Below are positions 26,195-39,300 of a stretch of 64,000 bases of DNA, piece after piece. The stretch is from Tubiluchus corallicola (Eukaryota > Animalia > Priapulida): contig JAQGDQ010000243.1 in assembly GCA_030141605.1 (NCBI GenBank), positions 275,654-339,653 on the forward strand. Reading direction: 5' to 3'. How positions within the stretch are numbered: the first letter of the stretch is position 1; each line of letters begins with the position of its first letter. The notes under the pieces are model-generated. The model did not search any database. It was not told the origin of the DNA and saw only the letters and a list, made by a program, of their open reading frames with translations. Position numbers and translations under genes: made by a program.

Positions 26195-26412
26195 TCACTT
26201 CCTTATTTGGCACAAAAATCCACTACGTAACATCGTGCGTAATGACGTAGCAAACGGAACTGCTGTGTTGTGATCACGTGGCGAGGAAGTCGACCTCTAT
26301 TTTTAGCACGGCCGTCATTATGTCGCGCCCTGATTGGATGGCGTGTCTGGCAGGTTATTTCTGGCTAGGTTAGTCAGATTATAAAAGCAATGTGTCGGCC
26401 ATTGCTGACTCA
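26195..26412 (+). promoter_or_regulatory. c-Jun immediate-early proximal promoter
   Basis: CArG CCTTATTTGG 26201-10 with overlapping ETS (ACTTCC), CRE-like TGACGTAG 26243, E-box CACGTG 26275, ETS AGGAAGT 26284, MEF2 CTATTTTTAG 26297-306, inverted CCAAT 26333, TATAAAA 26380, AP-1 TGACTCA 26406. Confidence 0.8.
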
Positions 26413-26512
26413 TAACTTGCATGAGCAGCGCAACGAAATTGTTAATATTGTTTTGACGTCTCAAGCGAAATTGTGTTAGCAGTAGCTAAGTGAACCTACA
26501 CGTTTCATCCTG

Positions 26513-27361
26513 ATGCTTGCAATGGAAACAACGTTTTATGAGGACGAACGACGATACGATATGGGCAAGCATAAGTTAGAGAATTCGTTGAGCAGAAATG
26601 GAGACATTTCCGATTTAAAGCGTAAAATGACACTAGATTTTAACGCAGCCGCCAGCAAGAAGCAGAAAATCTCGAATCTTCTGACGTCACCGGATTTGAA
26701 TATGTTGAAATTAGCATCGCCTGAACTGGAGAGGATGATCATTTCACAGCATGGTCTGATTACAACAACCACGCCAACGCCGACGCAATTCATCTTTCCA
26801 AAGAATGTGACAGAAGAACAAGAACAGTATGCTAAGGGTTTCGTCGAGGCGCTGGAACAGCTGAAGTCTAGTTACCCTTCGGCTAATATTGTTACAAGTA
26901 CAGGTAATGCATGTGATTACATAGAACTATCGCAAATTCCATCTGCCCTCAGTGCATCACCTTCTAGTAATGACTCTCTTGCTACAACTGTTGCCATGCC
27001 TGTCAGTCAAACGGTTACAGTGCCATTCAGTCGTGTCCAGCAGATCAAGGATGAACCCCAGATTGTGCCGTGTCTGGGTGGCACCCCTCCGGTATCACCA
27101 GTCAACATGATTGACCAGGAAAGGATCAAGTTGGAAAGAAAGAGGGAGAGAAACCGCTTAGCAGCAACGAAATGTCGCCAGAGAAAATTAGAACGAATTT
27201 CTGAACTGGAAAAGAAGGTGGCCGAACTCAAGGGACAAAATTCAACTCTTTCAACAACAGCATCTAAGCTCAAGGAGCAAGTGTGTGATCTTAAGAAAAC
27301 CCTGTTGGAGCACATGAATCATGGGTGCAAGATTGTGTTACCTGCAGACTTGTCCGTGTAA
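26513..27361 (+). CDS. JUN: Transcription factor AP-1 / c-Jun, intronless, 282 aa
   Basis: METTFY start, JNK-docking [15 protein letters not shown] and LASPELE phospho-sites, [23 protein letters not shown] degron, and b[25 protein letters not shown] followed by the leucine zipper. Confidence 0.98.
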   Translation: MLAMETTFYEDERRYDMGKHKLENSLSRNGDISDLKRKMTLDFNAAASKKQKISNLLTSPDLNMLKLASPELERMIISQHGLITTTTPTPTQFIFPKNVTEEQEQYAKGFVEALEQLKSSYPSANIVTSTGNACDYIELSQIPSALSASPSSNDSLATTVAMPVSQTVTVPFSRVQQIKDEPQIVPCLGGTPPVSPVNMIDQERIKLERKRERNRLAATKCRQRKLERISELEKKVAELKGQNSTLSTTASKLKEQVCDLKKTLLEHMNHGCKIVLPADLSV

Positions 27362-27417
27362 CAACATGAATCATGGGTGCAAGATTGTGTTACCTGCAGA
27401 CTTGTCCGTGTAACAAC
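27312..27417 (+). repeat. Perfect 52-bp tandem duplication spanning the c-Jun stop codon
   Basis: ACATGAATCATGGG...TCCGTGTAACA occurs twice with period 52. Confidence 0.95.
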
Positions 27418-30400
27418 GGAAGTGGAATATCTATAAAGACATGAAATCGGATGTATGCTGGCATATATCTGTAGCAGTATTTGCTGTATAATTACCGCCT
27501 ACATTTCCTGTGATAACGTTGTAGGAACACCAGGAAAATTTATTAGTTGCATCAAGAACTGTAGCTGCTTAATGATCATAAATTTACTTCAAAATCTGTA
27601 TTTTAATCTATTTCTTGTTGTCAATTGAAGCTTAATGTGGTCTATACTTGATGACACTCACTGTTTATATTTATTGATATCAGTTGACCTGACTGGTATA
27701 ACAATCATCATATCTTATTGCTGAAATATATGAAATTGTCTGTTTGATCGTGAGGCATAGGTTGACTGTAACTGTGTACGGTATTTTATTGCTAAATTTG
27801 CTGGTATATTATGTAGTGTTATTCTGTATATTAGGAATTATGTATCATTTCTTAATATTTGATATACAACTGTGCTGGACACCAGTTTGCATTATATGTT
27901 ACATATATCGTTAATCTCACTTTTATTAAATTGTAAATACGATTTTCATCGGCTTTGTAGCTCCTAGTATGTTTTAGATTGACTGACATGGCCTGTTGTT
28001 AGACTGTTGATTCAGTGAAGTAATAGTAATTAAAGTTAATTTAACTGTGACAGTTATTTTTATAAAATATTATATTTTCGCATGAGTTTTCATAAGTTTC
28101 TATTACAAACAATATAGTTTTTTTTCTGAATTGGTTTTTGTTTTTATACTTGAATTAGTTGGTGATAAAAATTGTACAGGTCATTGTGCAGTTGTTGTGA
28201 GTGCCATGTGTCCTATGATCTTAAATTGTGGGTAGCAAACTAGCAACATCAGATTTTGTACGAATTCCTTTTTTAATAAATACTGTGCAATTGCATATGC
28301 TTTTATACTTGGCTTTTGAGCTATATTGCCAAAATACTGTATTTATAATAAATTATTGTATAAATTCTTCTAATTGTATAGTTTCATTTTTCCGTATACT
28401 TTCAATTAATATTAACAATATCGGCCACATTATTAGCTTTTTAACGTTCTCTAGAGGTTTTTCTATTTTAACTGCAAAAATTGGGTGGCTTATCTTTGCA
28501 AATTGAAATACGCTGATGCATCGAAATTGATTCTCTAATACAGCTCATGTACAGACCAAATGCAATTTGCAGATTAACTGTTGCAACAGTTTAAAGTCTA
28601 CATGCTGCGTGCACAAACAAAATAATGTGTATACAGTCAAAAAGTACCATTTTCAATTAGTTTAGATCATAACACTCTGATCATGTGAGTGTTACAAACG
28701 AAACTACCAAACTTAATTGTTTAACAGTGTAGCAAACGATATATAATTTTATACAAAAAATGTAGATAGAAAAATTAAAACTACAATTTATATTATTACA
28801 AAGTGAATTAAGCTGCATGTCAATAGTGCAGTACAGTAATACGCAACATGTGGATATTATTTTCCCACGCCTACAACAATGTTTGAATAGCAAACGTAAA
28901 GGATTTTCCCCGCCTACAACAATGAGTGTGCAGCATGTATATTATAGCAATGAATTACAACCAAACCTACATCAAGGATAAAAATAATTTCGTGGCGTTT
29001 TTTGGCCGAACATTTACGTAACATATGTTAATTATTATTAATGTTAATGATAAATGAATCCGACAAAGTTGTAGTGATATGACCTTTTTTCAACGATCAA
29101 GTATTGTTTTAATAAGAAAGTATCTGAGCGGTTAATGTCGACAATGGAACACTACAGCTTTCTACAGTTACATACAGATAATAATTTAATAATGAATTTC
29201 ATAGGGCTGGGCTAAAACGAACTAAAGCGAGAGAGGAATAAGAATAAGAGTGAGAGAAGAGAGAAAGGGAGATGGAAGATTGAAGAGAGTTTGAAGATTG
29301 AAGGGAGACAAGAGAGGGAGGCAGAGACGGGGAGAGAAATTCTATTGCAGTAACGTAGATCGTAACGTAAAACCTGATTCTATGACAACGGTCAATACTA
29401 TTCTAATAGACATCTTGGCAGTTTAGCAGAAAAAAACTAAATAAGAAGCTAGTAACGCGATTCTTTGTTCCGGACCAGCGTGAACAATCACGAAGTTATA
29501 GAATCGGTAAATGCAACCGCTCTAGTGGCTACAGCTGACAATAATAACATGATCAACGACACGGTCTAGACATAATTAAATTTTGTCACACTCACCCTTA
29601 TCTAAAGTGACTGCTTTGTTTGGCGCAAACGATCAATTATAAAAAATAACGGACATTCAAGTTTATGTGAGCCTTTTGTATAAGAGCCTTGTCCGGTGTC
29701 TAAAACAAACTCTAATCTTGTACGGATTAAATGAATTACCACTTAGTATAAGAAATAAAGTTGCCATGCTTAACTGAGCACAGTTCAATGAGACGTTAGA
29801 AGCGTCTATGAGAAGCCATTTACGTTTCACGAAACGCCACGCAGACTACCAAATTACCGATTTCATTTCTCCAGACGCTTGCAAACGGACAAAATAAAAA
29901 TGCGTTCGATAGACTAAGCCGACGCCGCAATTCTTCTTCTGAGTTTTCGAGACAAATGGGAGTCCTTAAATTCTCTATAGAATGACGCATTGAGTCAATT
30001 ATTTCCCCTTGAGAATACCACCCATCTGAACACACGCTGAACATGTAAAGACAAGCACTAAAAATAATGCCGTACCGATATAAAATTGTTCCTTCGAGAA
30101 CACTAAAGATTGGTGAATCTCAAATGCAAGATAAAGGACTTGGTGTGAAAAATTTACTGTGGAGGGTTGGAAGTGTTAAAAAATTTAAAACTCTCGAATG
30201 ATGGATCATTCACTTGTTTCTTTCAGAAGTCCCGTGCTTGATTGAAAAAAACATTGCAAGAAACAGCAAAGCCAAAATAAGAACTTTTATAGCCTTGGAT
30301 CTTGGGACAAAAGTTCTCTTCAGTGTATTCTTAGCTACGCTATCATCGAGCCATGGATTCCATTGTGCAATTCATTGGAAGACGAATAATCATGTATTAG

Positions 30401-31514
30401 TGAAATGGCCAGCACTTTGTAATCCGAAGACCACAACTACGATAACCATGTAACCACATTAATAATGCTCATCCTTTTCTCGAATCTCGAAAACAACTAC
30501 TGTCTGACGTAATCACTTATCGCATAATCCAGTAAATGAGACATCTCCCAAGTTAATAACGGAGCTAAATTAGTATACTGCCTCTGCTCAGTCCGTGCTC
30601 AGTGATAGATCAGTAATTACATAAGAATTCACTCAGTTTCCTTGTTATCCAATCATACTCCATTACTGTAAAGAACTATAGGGCTTTCTTTTAATCCCTC
30701 ATTTAATCCCCCCCCCAGTCTATTTGTATTCTATTTAAAGCAAAGGTTATTCAATTAATTGTCGTATGTTCGTTTGTTTTTCTAACTTCTAGCCAGCTTG
30801 GCTAGCTGAACTGAAAACACTGAATCACTCTCTTTTCTAATCTCTAGACAGTAATTCGCCGAGAAGTTTTATTGTTTCTCAAGAAATTTAGCAATTTTCT
30901 GCGCGAAATTCCAATTGGTTTCGTTACGAACAGACACTTAAACGCGCTTTACAATCAGTTTTATGCGAAAAACAAGCCATATAACTCCATCGCCATTTAA
31001 AATTTGTTTTTATACCTCCAGCCATAACATGTAAACGGAGCAGCAAACAATTTCTACATTGTGGTGAGATGAGAAAACCCCGTAGTGGCTTAACAACGCT
31101 TTATCATATGCTTGGCAGTAAAAGCAGTAGGTCTTAAATGAATATCATATGAATGGTCTTATTTTCTCACGTGAAATTAAACCAGCAGAATGAAGATCCT
31201 GATACTGATACTGTTTCGAACTGAAGACTTAATGCGAGCTAAAAATCGCAGTACTTTCACATGTTTAATTATGTGGAAGTTCAATCTTCTTGCAATGTTT
31301 ACTAACTGTAGTATTGTATTCGTGCATACACTGTATGCGATTTTAAATAATACGTATGCCGAGTCGTATAATGATATTGTTGTAATTACTTCCTCAAGTT
31401 TTTCTAACTAGTCGGTTTTACATAACCATTGGTTTTGATCTTCTAAATTTATGAAAGCCACCAGATTCTCAACTTTTTTCTAGGCTATATCATGTAAAGA
31501 TGCACTAATCTGTA

Positions 31515-32105
31515 TATTATTATTATTATTATGAGTTTATTTTGTATAAAAATATACAGTTTACAAAGATAAAGATGTTAGTAAAACAGGTAATGCGATA
31601 TTAGTAAAGTAACATATCTGCAGACATTCAACGTGATAATCACCACACATTGTAGTTCCCTTGTAATTATATTACATTATACAGTGTTGTAAGGAGCTGT
31701 AATAGATATCTTAAAACATAATCTTTAAATGAATTCCTAACCTTTAATTTTACATTTTCGTTTAGATCTACAGTACAACCATATTTAAATCTTAAATTTA
31801 CTTGACTGTTATTTATATAGTAGCATAGCTTTGGAATTCTCAATGTGCAAGAGTTTACAATTTTTCTCACAAAGTTTAATTCTCGACTATCTATTAAATA
31901 ATTCGCAGGCATTGTGCCACAAAAATGCATTTAACAGTTTTCACGCTTTCATTTTGTCTAAAATCGAATAATTTTCTATAAGCAGTGTTCCATTTTACCC
32001 TAACGGTATTAACTTCATTGTTTGATATACCGCCAATTTCGCATCCGTATAACAAAACGGGTAGACAACATGTATTGATCAGAGTTTTAGCTAGTATGTC
32101 ATTAC
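31515..32105 (-). mobile_element. LINE ORF2 C-terminal remnant (CR1/L2-group-like) with (AAT)n tail
   Basis: Translates to CLPVLLYGCE...WNTAYRKLF...CGTMPANYLIDSRELNF. Confidence 0.7.
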
Positions 32106-33084
32106 GATTATGGCAACGATATTAACGATACTTATAGCTCGTGCACTGTATTTGATAGCTTGAATAAATTCAATAACGTGGAAAGATTAGTTGGATTTTC
32201 GAGTCAAGAATTGATAGTTAGCGCTCCTCTTTCAAGCGCTGCAATGCACACCAGCCATGTGATTTGTCTGAGTTCCAAAAACGAGGTACTTTGTATTTCT
32301 TGATATCTTAAGATCTTCTTGGTTTATAACGGTTATCTTAGAAAAGCATCATTACCCTTTAATCATGTAATTTCCCATATGCAGAACCCTGATTAACAAA
32401 ACTTAGTAGCTACAAAATTGCGCTGTGATCTGGGAAAATGCGGGGAAACCCATAAACTTTTCAGTTTGTTTACTAGTGCAGCTTTTCTCTAATACAAACA
32501 ATAAGAAGTATTATTAACGTCTTTACTGTACAGAAAATGTTTACTTAACGATTATGTCAACCGTTGTAGAAGCATTTCAATGAGATATTACATATTCCAA
32601 GAACTGAACATTCTTAATGTAAACAGCTGCGAGAAAGGAAACTCTAATTTCCTTAGCTACAGACGTTTCGCGCCCAAAGAGCAATTTTCGTGAAATTTCA
32701 CAAGCAGCTAAAAGTTGCTTTATATGGTACAAACCCAGAATTAACTAAATTTTGATATCAAACTTAAAATATATTAAGTGTGGAAAAATAGGAATACAGC
32801 CTGGATTTGAACTAGGCAAATAGTAGGCCTCTGTATTCTCCAGTGATCAAGGTAGTCCAACTTCGTGCTTCATAGCTGACCACCCAATATCTTCTCGATG
32901 TTAGATCACTCACCTAGAGTGATTATGACTAATTAGATTAGTTTAATGATTAACTAATTAATTGGTCACAGAAATTTCAGGCTCAAGATCAATCAGAATA
33001 GAATAAACTTAATGTCAAAATTGTTATTACTGATTGTACAACTCACAAGAGGTTAACTTTAGACTGCTTTTGTCACTGGAGAAT

Positions 33085-33220
33085 AAGGTGACTTAGTGGT
33101 CTAAGGCATCCGCCTTGTGAGCAAGTCCCTGGTTCAAAACTAGGCTGTATTACATTTTTTCGAACTTCCTGTCTTTCAAGTTTAGTATAAAAAGTTAATG
33201 AATTGTGGGTTTGTACCACC
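33085..33220 (+). mobile_element. tRNA-headed SINE fragment; inverted partner at ~32725-32816, relative at 60222-60290
   Basis: GACTTAGTGGTCTAAGGC (A box) and CCTGGTTCAAA (B box); no acceptor-stem pairing. Confidence 0.55.
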
Positions 33221-33397
33221 ATTCTATAATGGTACAATAGTTCTACTCTGTACCACCATCGCGTATAGTTTTTATTTTATTAATTTAAGAATGGTAGCTG
33301 ACTCGACGACCTGATGATCTTTCGCTACCCTTTCTCTTGCACTAACTTAATCACTTTTTAATATATAATTTCTTCCTTTTATTTTCGTGAAAATTTT

Positions 33398-33673
33398 AGA
33401 CCAGACGGTTTAGTCTAGTGGTAATGCGTCTGCTTTCCGTCTGGGAGGTTGTGAGTTCGAACCAGCGGCCGGGTAATACACCAAAGACTTTAAAAATGCT
33501 ACCTGCTGTTGCCCTGCCTGACGCGTGGTATTTAGGGTACAAGTGGGGTAATCATAGTCTCTGTGATGTAGTTGTAGGTTGTTATTTACAGTCGGCGATA
33601 ATAGCTCTTTGAGCTAATGTTAATTGTTGACCCAAAAGCCGACTTTAAATAAAGATTATTATTATTATTATTA
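33398..33673 (+). mobile_element. tRNA-derived SINE with Meta-like domain
   Basis: A box TAGTCTAGTGG, B box GTTCGAACC, CCAAAGACTTTAAAAATG core and (ATT)n tail. Confidence 0.75.
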
Positions 33674-35323
33674 TGTACTGGCTTAGTTAAACTGCAGAAA
33701 TCCCTGCAAGCCTAGCAGAGCACTCGAACCCTTATTGCCGTGAAAGAATTTAAATTGTGAAGTCAGACAGGATCCAATTTACATTCATAACGGTGACTCG
33801 GCAATAATTCAACAGGCTGGTTAAACAATTATTGTTGAAAACCATTTAAGAATCGTTAAGCTACTGGTTACAGGACCGGGAAGCGGAGATTAAAAGTTGA
33901 CTTGCTGATAACTTCTACAACTGCTTTGTGGGCTTTGCGACAGAGGGCCTCCGATTAGCGCGAGTATACAGATAATTTGCGTCACGCTGTACAAATTCTT
34001 CAGTGAGCACTGCAGCTCAAATGTATGTTATGGAGGTAAAGTAGACCTTTGGTATATCTTTAGACTTTAATATTATGCAATAATGAACGCTAATCCTAAA
34101 GAATTTTAAGATAGTTTTGCTTTCAACTCTTTTCTTCATGACTAAACATACATGTTTATCCACTTTTGCTAGCTACAAGGGAAAAATTATTATTTTTTCT
34201 TCATTTGGCTCTAGGTCTCATAATATTAATTTTAAATACGTAATGGTTAAAGTATTATTTAAAAATAATCACGTGTGTCTCTACTTTCCCATTATTTTAT
34301 TATAAACTAACACATTCGTATAGTAATTCAATTTTCATTCGTCTTAAATGTAAGATCTGATAATTTTTAATTACCTGGTACATGCGCATTAATTAATTAA
34401 TTATATTAGTAACAATTGTGAGAGGGTGGCTGACCTCGGTAACTTATAGTTCTTTCGCCACCATTTCACCACTAATCAATAATTACTTTTGCACTTTGTA
34501 ATATTATTCTGTTGTACAGATTTATAAATCTCTTAGTTATATGTATTTTGCTATTTTAAAAATGGTGATAAACTAATAAACTTACTTACTTACTTATTAA
34601 ATATCGTAATAAGAATTCTCTTTCTAACTAAATCGAGTCGTTCCGACGGCAAGTATAAAATCTATGCTACTTTCTTTGCGAAGCTTCTGAAACATTTGAT
34701 CAACTGGCCAACACTGTTTTAACTAAGCAATGCAATCACTTTCCCGTCAAATAAATAACATCGAGCAAACAAAATTTTATTTTTGAATATAATCAACAAA
34801 CAAAGATGTGGATGAAGTGTGAAACATTCGTTTATTTGACAAAATAATGTAAAATACTAAAAAACTGATGCAGTATAGTAGCATCATCGAGGTAAATCTA
34901 TTAAAGTTTGAAAACTTAGCATTCAAACATGGTTTAAGAGACTGTATGAAATTAATTCAAAATCTCTAGTATGAGATATCTGCAGTTACACATGAAATGA
35001 TTATGTACAAAAAAAGATCCAATTTCAACATAGTTATTTTCATATTACTGTATATTGTATAAGATGGGAAAAATAAACATGTTTCGTCATGTTCTATAAT
35101 AACTGACTTCACTAACACATAAAATCTATTAGGTATTAAGTAATAATTATTAATATATACAATAAGGATATTTACATTATATACACACGTACTAAACTAG
35201 CTAATGTATCCGTGCAATTCAATATTGATTCTTCTTAGGATAACATCTAAGTTTAGTATTAGGATTACCAAGCTGTGCAGTTACATTGTGCATACACACA
35301 ATTGTTTAGAAACATATTATTAA

Positions 35324-35783
35324 CCCTTTCATACCCGTTGTATCCCGTGGGATACGAGAATATTTTCTGCCTTTAAAATTAATAAAATTTTAAAACTGAG
35401 AGTTATTTGATCTGTTAGTAGTTATTTTGATTTAAGCCAATAACAACAGACTAAAAATGGTGATAAAATGGCAAACTAGAAAATCTACATAGTATAAAAA
35501 ACTGCGCTAGGTACAGTACTTTAGAGATGACTTTGTACAGATCAGCATAGCATGCATACTAAATGTCTTAAATACTTTAAAAAATTATCACCAGTTACAA
35601 AATGAAGCACATTTTACGCTTCCATTGAATCCCAATGTATCCCGTGGGATACAGACTATATTTAGCATGCGGGCACAGGTAGAAAAAAATAATTATTATG
35701 TGTAAACAAGATGGACATACTGAACAAAAGTACCAAGCCAAAAAATTTTTTCTTATTAAAAAAATAATTTGGGACTGAAAGGG
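35324..35783. mobile_element. piggyBac-type MITE
   Basis: TTAA|CCCTTTCA...TGAAAGGG|TTAA, with two internal palindromes GTATCCCGTGGGATAC. Confidence 0.85.
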
Positions 35784-36327
35784 TTAAGAATTAAGCTAAT
35801 TTGGATTTTTGACCACTTAAGGAGTGAATCTCTTTCAATATTTAATCAAAGACGGACACACTTTTTCTGACAAAAATGAAAGATTTAATTATTTAACAAA
35901 GTCTAACTTGTATTTTACAGTTAATACAGAAAAACGACTAGCTCAATAGTATTATGTACATTGTTGTACAGGTGATTAAATACACAAGCAATGGCACATA
36001 CTACATGTGAATTACACATGCTCAGAGATACAGCTATTTCTTACCATACGTATCTCATTGTGTTAATCATGTGTTTATGAATCACAGCAGCACCTCTATG
36101 AAACGAACTGCAAGCTTTCAAAAGGCATTCACACAACCAAGAAAATTCTAAAGATCTCTTGATCACGGTGTTCCACTAAATTGGGGCTCGATATTCTGTC
36201 TCTTGCACAAAACATAGTCTTAACAATATAACTCTGAAAACTAAATTATCTCCTAGCACAAAAATAGCATGATGTAGAAGCAATTTGCAGAATATGACCA
36301 TAATGACATCCAGATCTTTTTTTCAGA

Positions 36328-39300
36328 TTAAGAAGTTGTTACATTAGCTAATAATTGCTGATCCAGAAGGTTTGGAACATCACTTGCAACATGCAAATAC
36401 ATGTCACTGTAATCGTCGTCATGAACAGTGACAAGATGATGTCTGAGATTCACAAAAACACGCTGACAAATACTGCAGAAATGAGCCTTCCTCTCACTAG
36501 ATGACAGCACTACTGCTGGATCTTCACCATGCTCGTTAACTAAATGGCCCTTAACAGAGGCTATTCCACTCAAGGATACTTTTAATTTACATTCAATGCA
36601 TTCCAGGCGTTTGCTGTGAGCAGAGTGTGTGAATTCTTTACCCGAGGGACCAATCGTGCTTTTACAGAAATGATCGCAAAGACTTAACCACCCAGTAAAT
36701 GCACCCGGTTTAGTCTTGCACAGCGAACAACGAAAACGATAAAATGACCGTTCCATGTCTTTTGTGACCGTGCTTTCCATGCATTTTGCAACCGGCCGCA
36801 AATCAAGTAACGAAGAAGAAGCACGCAGCTGACTGTATGTGCAAGGATGCTTACTGAAGGCTGCTACGGTGCTGGCTCTGTAAAGTAATGCAGGTGATAC
36901 GCTGCTATTATGTCGTCTACCGTGTTGCTGAAATGCCAGAAAACTCTCTCTACCTACATCTTTTTCCATGGCAATGCCGCAGCGTGAACAGCAACCGTCC
37001 ATCAACGCAGAATAATCACACTGCACGGTGTCAGTTTTCGAAGTTTCTAGCAGTTCAGAAAGACGTGACACATCTGCACTTTCTGTGCTCGTACCAAGAC
37101 CAGGTATTGAAAAATACTGTCCTGAAAGCTTTAGGTAGACATCGCCTACGTCAGTGCTTGTGCTAGTGCTACCCGGCTGTGAATGCGGTTTTGAAAGCTT
37201 ACAATTTTCCTCAATGACAATGGAAGCGTCCAAACATGCACTACTAAAATTAGATTTATCGGCAACCGTACTCTCGTTCCTTTTCTGAGCAAGTGATTTT
37301 TCTAAAATCTTTTCAGCAGCTGTGCTGCTTGAATAATCACCCGACACTAACACTGAACTACAATAATCAAGAAGCTGTAGAAGACCAAATATTTCGCAAC
37401 CAGCCAACATATCCTTCACATTCTTTTCGGTTATTGTGGGAAACATTCCAAAGTACATGTACAGAAGCAAAGGTTCCAGAACTTCATGATTAAAACTACT
37501 TAACACAACATTTGTGTTCTCTAGTCTACGCTTGGATTGATTCTTTGGCTTAATTGCAGACAAAATCGTCTTTTTTCCAAAAGTTGTATCTTGCGCATAA
37601 GCGTACAATACAAGCGCATGAGTGTCGTAAAGCGCATTTCTGTCGCTACGACATGCCAGCCTAAGATCGGCAAATATTCCCTTCACGTATATTTTAATTA
37701 GACACTGCTGTAGTTGCTTGGCACGAACTTCGAGCATGTCAAATTCACAGGAAAATTCTGTCTTTTCCAGGATAGAGACAGTTCCCTTGATATGGTGACC
37801 ATTGACAGTATTATCGTTCTCTATAAGACTTTCAACATCGCCACCCTCTTCATGGCAATCTTTTAAATCTATATAACTTAAAAGAGCCTCTCCCAACTCC
37901 AGACATTCGTTATTCTTAGCGAAAATGTTCAAATCGTGGAACGTTATTGGGGTGACAAGCAACTTTCCAGTATAGAGATAGTTAATGATGACATCAGCAA
38001 CGCTTGGACTTTCACAGAACTTCACATTGTTTCTACCGTACTTGTGAAGATTCAGGTTTATCATCATCTGAGGACTTCCGGACGCGATAACAATGCGGTG
38101 GACTTTGTGGATCCAGCGATCCTGCGTTTCAATGACCATGTCGATGAGCAAATGGTGCGTTCGCAGTTCTTCAAAGGAAGAAAGCAGTCGCTTTGCGTGC
38201 TCGACGTCAGAAACTTTCTGTATTGCACAAGGATCGGAATTTTTTGTGGTTTTAGCTTGTTTTGGGTAGAACACTTGCAAATCTGCCAGTGTCAGAGAAG
38301 TTGATGAAGTCCGTACATTAAAATCTCCCGTATCTAAAACAAAACCACAAATATATGCAAGTAAATAATTAAAAGACCATTAGTGCAAATGTGCTGTTTT
38401 TTGTGCGTACGTTTCATCATAAATTGTATCACCATACAACAAATGTATGATAGACATAAATACTACTAATATGAAATAGTAACATGAAAAAATGTGTGTT
38501 TGGCTGCCTGCTTTAATTTCGTGCTTGCAGACATGAAATTAATCAAAGCAAACAAACGCATAGATTCTGCCAACTTTGCTTAATGATAAAATAAACATTT
38601 GCAAGGACAAAACAAAGTAATACACAAGAAAATTGAAGCTTCAATTGTACACTCTATAAAACTATAAAACAAATATGCTGCTTTATTTACTTGTCAAATC
38701 TTAATAATCACATTGAAACAGTTTAATGAAAGTTAAATAAAGTGAAGTTAATGTGCAATACTATGCAACATTAATAAATAAATAAATAAATAATAAAATA
38801 TGCAACACTGAGATTCCCGACTCCTTCTTAAATGTGAATTCCAAAAACTGTTACTACCTTCGGTGCTGCCTTCAGTAACAGCAGAATCGTCATCATCAGC
38901 ATCATCATCATCGTCCGGTGTTTCAATTCTTTCAACAGAATCTAGATAAGCATAAAAATCAGTTTTGTTAATACAAAATACCATGACATCCGTCAACAAG
39001 GCGGTTCTAAATGGAAAACAAGAACTTTAGTTGCCTCAGTTTATCCAACTGACTTCATTGCCAAAATTTTGTAAAATTTTAAAATGCAACGCATAATTTT
39101 GTAACTCAGCAAATAAGAAATGCAACTATAGAATAAAATATGTTAAACAAGAGCTTTGATTAGTTATGTTTTCCAAAAGCCGTGCACGTTGAAATACAAG
39201 AACTGAAATACTGAAGTACAAGCAAGATCAATGAAAGAAACATTACAATCAAAACAAAAATTGCAGTTAATACCGGAAGATGGCTCCACCTGAACAGTGT

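Noticed and set aside
26536-27315. Antisense ORFs within c-Jun (and those within the BTB exons)
   Set aside because: Shadow frames of real coding sequence.
33085-33155. Possible tRNA gene (also 60222-60290)
   Set aside because: A and B boxes are present but there is no cloverleaf; better explained as SINE heads.
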